Positions 59,634 to 64,000 of a stretch of 64,000 bases of DNA are shown one piece after another (positions within the stretch are counted from its first letter, which is position 1; each line of letters opens with the position of its first letter). The stretch covers positions 32,001-96,000 of IMG/VR virus record IMGVR_UViG_3300029288_000097. The stretch is one strand, 5' to 3'. Below the pieces are notes generated by a model, which saw only the letters and a list, made by a program, of their open reading frames with translations, made no database searches and was not told the DNA's origin. The position numbers were made by a program, and so were the translations under genes. This DNA comes from a virus (lineage: Duplodnaviria; Caudoviricetes).

Positions 59634-59898
59634 GATACTCCGAGTAAAGATCATAGCACCCAAACATGCACACTATGGCGAAATAGGCACCATAGAAATC
59701 CCCAGAATAGCTATTATCGGAGCCACAGGGATATTTGACAACTATGAATCCTACATACGAGTCAGACGCGACGGCATCATACCAAAATGGAGCCACATGT
59801 ATCTGGTCACACTCGAAAGTGGTATTCAATGCTTTGCCCAACGGGGCACACTTAAGGAGATAGCTTATGACGAATCACCAAATGGTCTGGCCCGCTGA
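59626..59898 (+). CDS. Hypothetical SH3-like protein
   Basis: RVKI....H.HYGEIG.I ... YLVTL. Confidence 0.55.
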   Translation: MSKILRVKIIAPKHAHYGEIGTIEIPRIAIIGATGIFDNYESYIRVRRDGIIPKWSHMYLVTLESGIQCFAQRGTLKEIAYDESPNGLAR

Positions 59899-60499
59899 CT
59901 TTCTCAACTGGGCAAGAGATCATAAAACGCTCAACATCGCGTTTACCGGCCATCGCCCGGACAAGTTAGGTGGGTATGGCTCAATCCGAAATATATACCT
60001 CAATAACACAATGCGGCTTTTAGACCTCATCGGCATCGAACGTATCCGATGGGCTTATGACGGCATGGCCCAAGGGTATGATTGGGAGGCTCTGAAAGCC
60101 TGTTTTCAGCTTGGTATCGCAGTCGTAGCCTGCAAACCCTCGGACCATCAGCACATCATATGGCCCGAACGTGCACAGCAGCTCTATAGATCGCTCCTGA
60201 ACCAGCTTAAAGCCTCCGGTGGCCGTATTGTCGATATAGAACACTGCATCCTGAAGCCTACAGTAGGTGAAAGTGCTTATTGGAGCCAGAAGTCCGGCCT
60301 CATTGAAGCCTATCATAAATCGAAATCCAGTAAACACCAGGCAGCACTCTTATGTGAACTGCGCAACCAGTATATGGTCGATTCAGCTGATCTTGTTATC
60401 GCATGCTGGAACGGCAGTCCCGGTGGCACAGCAAATTGCATCAAGTATGCTGAAAAACTTGGTATACCCTGGATAAATATAATGGAGTTGAGCAAATGA
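59867..60499 (+). CDS. SLOG superfamily protein (YspA/DUF1273-like)
   Basis: FTGHRP.KL, GMAQG.D, RNQYMVD and WNG.PGGTANC. Confidence 0.88.
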   Translation: MTNHQMVWPADFLNWARDHKTLNIAFTGHRPDKLGGYGSIRNIYLNNTMRLLDLIGIERIRWAYDGMAQGYDWEALKACFQLGIAVVACKPSDHQHIIWPERAQQLYRSLLNQLKASGGRIVDIEHCILKPTVGESAYWSQKSGLIEAYHKSKSSKHQAALLCELRNQYMVDSADLVIACWNGSPGGTANCIKYAEKLGIPWINIMELSK

Positions 60500-61140
60500 T
60501 GAGAATTGGTTTCGTTGGAGTCCCTGGATCAGGTAAAACGTCCACAGCTCGCGGCCTGGCCTCAGTCTGTCGAAGTATACCTGGTCTGAACAATGTTGAG
60601 CTATCTGCAGAGTATGCTCGACGTTACATCATCAAATATGGTGATATTACCAATATCTGGGAGCAGTTCCGTATTCTGAAGAAGCAGATGGACTGGGAAG
60701 ATTCTGTTGGTGATGCAAATATAGTCATCACAGACGCCCCGATCTTCATGGGAATGGTCTACGCACGCATGTTATCCCAGGGCACGCCCAAAGATATTAT
60801 GGTTCTCAATGACCTGTTCAGCGAGTTGAACAAAGCCAACCATCCCCAGCCTCGGTATGACATCATATTCCACCTTCCACCGATCCTGAAGCCGGTCAAT
60901 GACGGTGTTCGCCCAAAGAGCAACTTTGATCGCACATGGCGTCAAGATACTGATAACTCGATCTTGGGTGTTTTCGAGATATTCAAGCCGTTGCTGTTCT
61001 ACACGGTGGACCTTCCCGACCTTGAAAGTCGAATCACCTGGTGCAAAGAATGTCTGGCTACCTACATACGAGATTGCAATGAAGCCGGAGCCACCCTGGG
61101 CCAGGCCAACTTCACTCCTCCGGCGATGGGAGGCATATAA
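60496..61140 (+). CDS. NadR/AAA_28-like P-loop nucleoside/nucleotide kinase
   Basis: GVPGSGKTS, EYAR, ITD.P, YDIIF and DGVR. Confidence 0.85.
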   Translation: MMRIGFVGVPGSGKTSTARGLASVCRSIPGLNNVELSAEYARRYIIKYGDITNIWEQFRILKKQMDWEDSVGDANIVITDAPIFMGMVYARMLSQGTPKDIMVLNDLFSELNKANHPQPRYDIIFHLPPILKPVNDGVRPKSNFDRTWRQDTDNSILGVFEIFKPLLFYTVDLPDLESRITWCKECLATYIRDCNEAGATLGQANFTPPAMGGI

Positions 61141-62102
61141 TGGCTATTCTCGTCACCGGTGGCTGTGGTTACATCGGCAGCCACACGGTCAAAGCTCTTC
61201 TTGCTGCGGGCGAACAGGTCATCGTGCTCGATAATCTGTGCCAAGGCCACCCTGAAAGTATCGGTGATGCCCGGCTGGTAGTCGGAAATTATGGTGCACC
61301 ACATGTAGTTGGTAAGATATTCAGTACCAACGAGATCGAAGCTGTAATTCACTTCGGAGCATTCGCATGTGTTCCCGATTCTGTGGTCAATCCCAGCCGG
61401 TATTATGACAATAATGTCGTAAAAACACTCAATTTACTCAATACCATGCACCGATTTGGCTGTAACAAGATCATTTTCTCGTCCAGCGCGGCTGTCTACG
61501 GCGATCATGGCGACAAAATCATCACCGAAAGTGATCCAACGGTGCCTATCAATCCTTATGGGTGGTCAAAACTACTGATCGAGCAAATCTTGGCCGATTA
61601 TGACATAGCCTACGACCTGAAATCCATCAGTTTTCGCTACTTCTGTGCTGCCGGAGCCTCCCTCGATGGTTCTATCGGCGAACAACACAGCCCCGAACAT
61701 CATCTGATCCCTAATATCATGCACACCCTCGTTGGAGATCAGCATTTACTCAAAATCTACGGTAGTTCGTGGCCTACTCATGACGGAACTTGTGTCCGGG
61801 ATTTTGTCCATGTCTGTGACATAGCAAATGCGCATATTGCAGGTTTGAATGCGCTCAGAGATGGACATAATAGCGATGTTTACAACATCGGCAGTGGCAC
61901 CGGATACTCGGTTCATGACGTAATAAATGTCATAGAAAATGTCACCCAACGTGTAGTAGCTTATACCTACGAAGAAGCACGCCCCGGCGATCCCGCGATG
62001 CTTGTTGCGAGCAATACAAAGCTCCGGGAAATCTACACTGTCAAACACGATCTGGAGTGCATCATACGCACGGCCTGGATGTGGCACGCGAGGAATCACT
62101 GA
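61140..62102 (+). CDS. galE: UDP-glucose 4-epimerase
   Basis: GGCGYIGSH, FSSSAAVYG, YGWSK (YxxxK), DGTCVRDFVHV and RPGDP. Confidence 0.93.
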   Translation: MAILVTGGCGYIGSHTVKALLAAGEQVIVLDNLCQGHPESIGDARLVVGNYGAPHVVGKIFSTNEIEAVIHFGAFACVPDSVVNPSRYYDNNVVKTLNLLNTMHRFGCNKIIFSSSAAVYGDHGDKIITESDPTVPINPYGWSKLLIEQILADYDIAYDLKSISFRYFCAAGASLDGSIGEQHSPEHHLIPNIMHTLVGDQHLLKIYGSSWPTHDGTCVRDFVHVCDIANAHIAGLNALRDGHNSDVYNIGSGTGYSVHDVINVIENVTQRVVAYTYEEARPGDPAMLVASNTKLREIYTVKHDLECIIRTAWMWHARNH

Positions 62103-62431
62103 TGCTAAGTATATTCTGGAGAATCTTCTGGCGCACAATCAATCGTAGAGCCCTCTACGTGGTCAAAAAACGCGGTATCCGGCAAGAATCAGGTGGTTGG
62201 GTGTATCAAACCTCAAATATGAGGATCGAAGCTCCTGGAACTGCCGTAAGAGTATCTGTACCGGTACGTCCGGGTGAAACTGCTTTAGTGGACGATGGAA
62301 ACAAATACTGGCGTATCGTCTACTGGCTGGACAATGGAGTCATAAAAATATGGAAGTTCGGCCCTTGGGCGAAACAAATAGGACAGGTATGTTGGAGAAT
62401 AAAGAGGCATAATAGAGGTAAGATTCTTTAA
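62102..62431 (+). CDS. Basic, Trp-rich hypothetical protein
   Basis: TGATG coupling to galE. Confidence 0.6.
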   Translation: MLSIFWRIFWRTINRRALYVVKKRGIRQESGGWVYQTSNMRIEAPGTAVRVSVPVRPGETALVDDGNKYWRIVYWLDNGVIKIWKFGPWAKQIGQVCWRIKRHNRGKIL

Positions 62432-62447
62432 CCGGGAGGGTAACACC

Positions 62448-62852
62448 ATGAGGATCGTAGCATGTGGTGGCTGTTTCGATGTGATCCACGCCGGTCATGT
62501 CAAACTGCTCGAAGAAGCAAGGAAGTTAGGCGACATGCTTGTCGTACTCGTCAATGAAGATGCGTACGTGGCCCGTAAAGGCCCGAATCGACCGATTATG
62601 CCACTGGAGGACCGGATGGCTATTCTGCGGGCACTGAGGCCCGTCAGCGCGGTCCTGAGCTTTCCCGATGACACTCCGTGCAGGATGCTCGAATTGATGG
62701 AAGTAGATGTGTTTGTGAAGTATATCGAGTACCAGGGTCAAGACATCCCCGAAGAAGCCACAATGAGAAAGATCGGTGGCGAGGTAGTCTATATCGATTC
62801 AGGTATCGATGTGCACAGCAGCACCCTTATAGGGGATAATATTGAGCACTGA
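62448..62852 (+). CDS. HIGH-family sugar-phosphate nucleotidyltransferase (RfaE domain II/HldC-like)
   Basis: GGCFDVIHAGHV..L.EA..LGD.LVV.VN.D, KGP.RPI....R and F..DTP. Confidence 0.85.
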   Translation: MRIVACGGCFDVIHAGHVKLLEEARKLGDMLVVLVNEDAYVARKGPNRPIMPLEDRMAILRALRPVSAVLSFPDDTPCRMLELMEVDVFVKYIEYQGQDIPEEATMRKIGGEVVYIDSGIDVHSSTLIGDNIEH

Positions 62853-63135
62853 ATATAAGACGATCAAAGCAAAGGATGTTCTGGCCCTCTACTACCCGGA
62901 GCGCGAGACATTTGTCGGTATCAAAGCAAAAACTCGTGAGTCAGTTCCAGGGCTTCTGATATTCGAGGATATGGCCTCTCTGACGCTGTATCAGTGTGCA
63001 ACCAATGAACATACGGATGCCACACCAAAAGTTTTGGAAATTGAACAGGCCAGAGACATTGTGCGTATCTGCCCTGCATTCAATGCACTGATATTGTTTA
63101 AGCCACCAAAAAAGCTGGTAGTAGAGTTTCTGTAG
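62842..63135 (+). CDS. Hypothetical protein
   Basis: TTG start with AGGGG RBS; ends before the terminator. Confidence 0.55.
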   Translation: MSTEYKTIKAKDVLALYYPERETFVGIKAKTRESVPGLLIFEDMASLTLYQCATNEHTDATPKVLEIEQARDIVRICPAFNALILFKPPKKLVVEFL

Positions 63136-63171
63136 AACCCTCGGTACCCTCGCTGGGGCCGGGGGTTTTTT
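63136..63171 (+). terminator. Intrinsic terminator ending the rightward operon
   Basis: AACCCTCGGT/GCCGGGGGTT stem followed by a T-run. Confidence 0.85.
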
Positions 63172-63368
63172 GTGCCTGGGTTTAGAGGTCTAAGTTTTTG
63201 TACTTCAGAGACATGATTATAGCTGATAGATTATAGCCCATAGTCCATAGCGTCTGAACCTAGCAGACTGGTATTTGTAACAGGCCAGGGTATGGGGGTT
63301 TGTCACAACCTGAACACATGTCTGACATATTCCCACACCCTGGTATTTATAACAGGTGCCTGGTAAAC

Positions 63369-63878
63369 TTACCGGGCCTCCAAGGTTTTTCTAGCTCGCT
63401 TTAATATCTTGTTCAGCTCTCGCGTATCCATGCTAGCTTCAAAAGTTGTTAATCGATCCATCACATACTCAACATCTCTCAAAACACTATACATTCTACT
63501 GGGTTTCAGTGTACCACTTGCTTTAGCTCTACACATTGCCCTGCAAGCGGCGACTATGTATGTTATCTCATCACCAAACCCCATAAGTACATGAAGCTCT
63601 GGCAATGACTTTTGGTACCCTGTGTTTGGAAAACTATCCCATGCATTGCCAAAATCAGCAGGTACAGGTTTGCCCCATAAAGTCTTGACTATAACGCATG
63701 CTAGTGAATGATGCCCCGAACCATAGTTTAGTATTCTAATGCACTCCTCAAGCTTGTTTGCACGGAATAGCCTCAAGAAGTTCTTAAACATCTGACTAAA
63801 CACTGTAACCGACTTCTCATTCACTCTTTTTGTGCTTACATTATTGCGTACCTTTTTTGTGCTTGCCTTAACTGTCAT
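63369..63878 (-). CDS. Hypothetical basic protein
   Basis: GGAGG RBS before ATG at 63878; has its own promoter. Confidence 0.7.
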   Translation of the reverse strand: MTVKASTKKVRNNVSTKRVNEKSVTVFSQMFKNFLRLFRANKLEECIRILNYGSGHHSLACVIVKTLWGKPVPADFGNAWDSFPNTGYQKSLPELHVLMGFGDEITYIVAACRAMCRAKASGTLKPSRMYSVLRDVEYVMDRLTTFEASMDTRELNKILKRARKTLEAR

Positions 63879-63910
63879 GATCGTAACCTCCAAGCTTGCC
63901 CTACATGTAT

Positions 63911-63957
63911 ATTATGCCATGTATAGCTCAGTCTGGGAACTGGTAAATGTACCAGTT
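63911..63957 (-). promoter_or_regulatory. Leftward promoter with a perfect palindrome abutting the -35 box
   Basis: AACTGGTA-AATG-TACCAGTT 63938-63957; minus-strand TTCCCA (63939-63934), 17-bp spacer, CATAAT (63916-63911). Confidence 0.8.
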
Positions 63958-64000
63958 TTTACTAATGTCCAAGCAAGGCATGAATCGAATTATACAGGCC

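Larger units (their letters stand above)
1..64000. mobile_element. Tailed dsDNA bacteriophage genome segment (T4-like head genes, siphovirus-like tail)
   Basis: Continuous, densely packed replication, packaging, head, tail and lysis genes; no host housekeeping operons; no integrase in the window. Confidence 0.97.

Noticed and set aside
200-62810. Frequent ATCGAT sites (about 40 by hand count) as a methylation-linked overrepresented motif
   Set aside because: Many are in-frame ATC-GAT (Ile-Asp) codon pairs; a codon-aware Markov test is needed before any claim
1-64000. Genome-wide stop-codon reassignment
   Set aside because: Genes are full length in code 11, and TGA, TAG and TAA all end genes with tight overlaps; only one local read-through candidate (18238) was seen
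1-64000. tRNA/tmRNA genes, integrase or att sites
   Set aside because: No cloverleaf/T-loop signatures were seen in the short intergenic gaps and no recombinase ORF is present; lifestyle cannot be determined from this window

Overview
The whole 64 kb window is part of a tailed dsDNA phage genome (Caudoviricetes). No integrase, tRNA, rRNA or CRISPR array was seen. Order: a leftward primase-helicase plus a truncated TerS-like gene; a rightward replication block (SNF2 helicase, acidic SSB-like protein, family A DNA polymerase with a UDG-like N-domain, VRR-NUC, PD-(D/E)XK nuclease, class II RNR, dNMP kinase); packaging and head genes (TerL, T4 gp20-like portal, a single DUF6582-protease-scaffold-gp23-like capsid polyprotein); a non-contractile tail block (tube, frameshifted chaperones, 1594-aa tape measure, Dit) that contains two GT9-like glycosyltransferases and paired fibre/propeller proteins; lysis-type genes; a DNA ligase; and a nucleotide-sugar cluster (SLOG, NadR-like kinase, GalE, RfaE-II-like nucleotidyltransferase). 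Two secreted OB-fold proteins suggest an Armatimonadota-like host (inference). Main leads: (1) a capsid polyprotein with nested in-frame starts and apparent Gln-specific maturation sites; (2) a stand-alone, catalytically dead Hint (intein-fold) gene where TerS usually sits; (3) a split glycosylation system that may modify the virion or the host surface; (4) a CTGGTA-N4-TACCAG palindrome abutting the -35 box of three promoters. All family assignments come from motif recognition by eye; no database searches were run.
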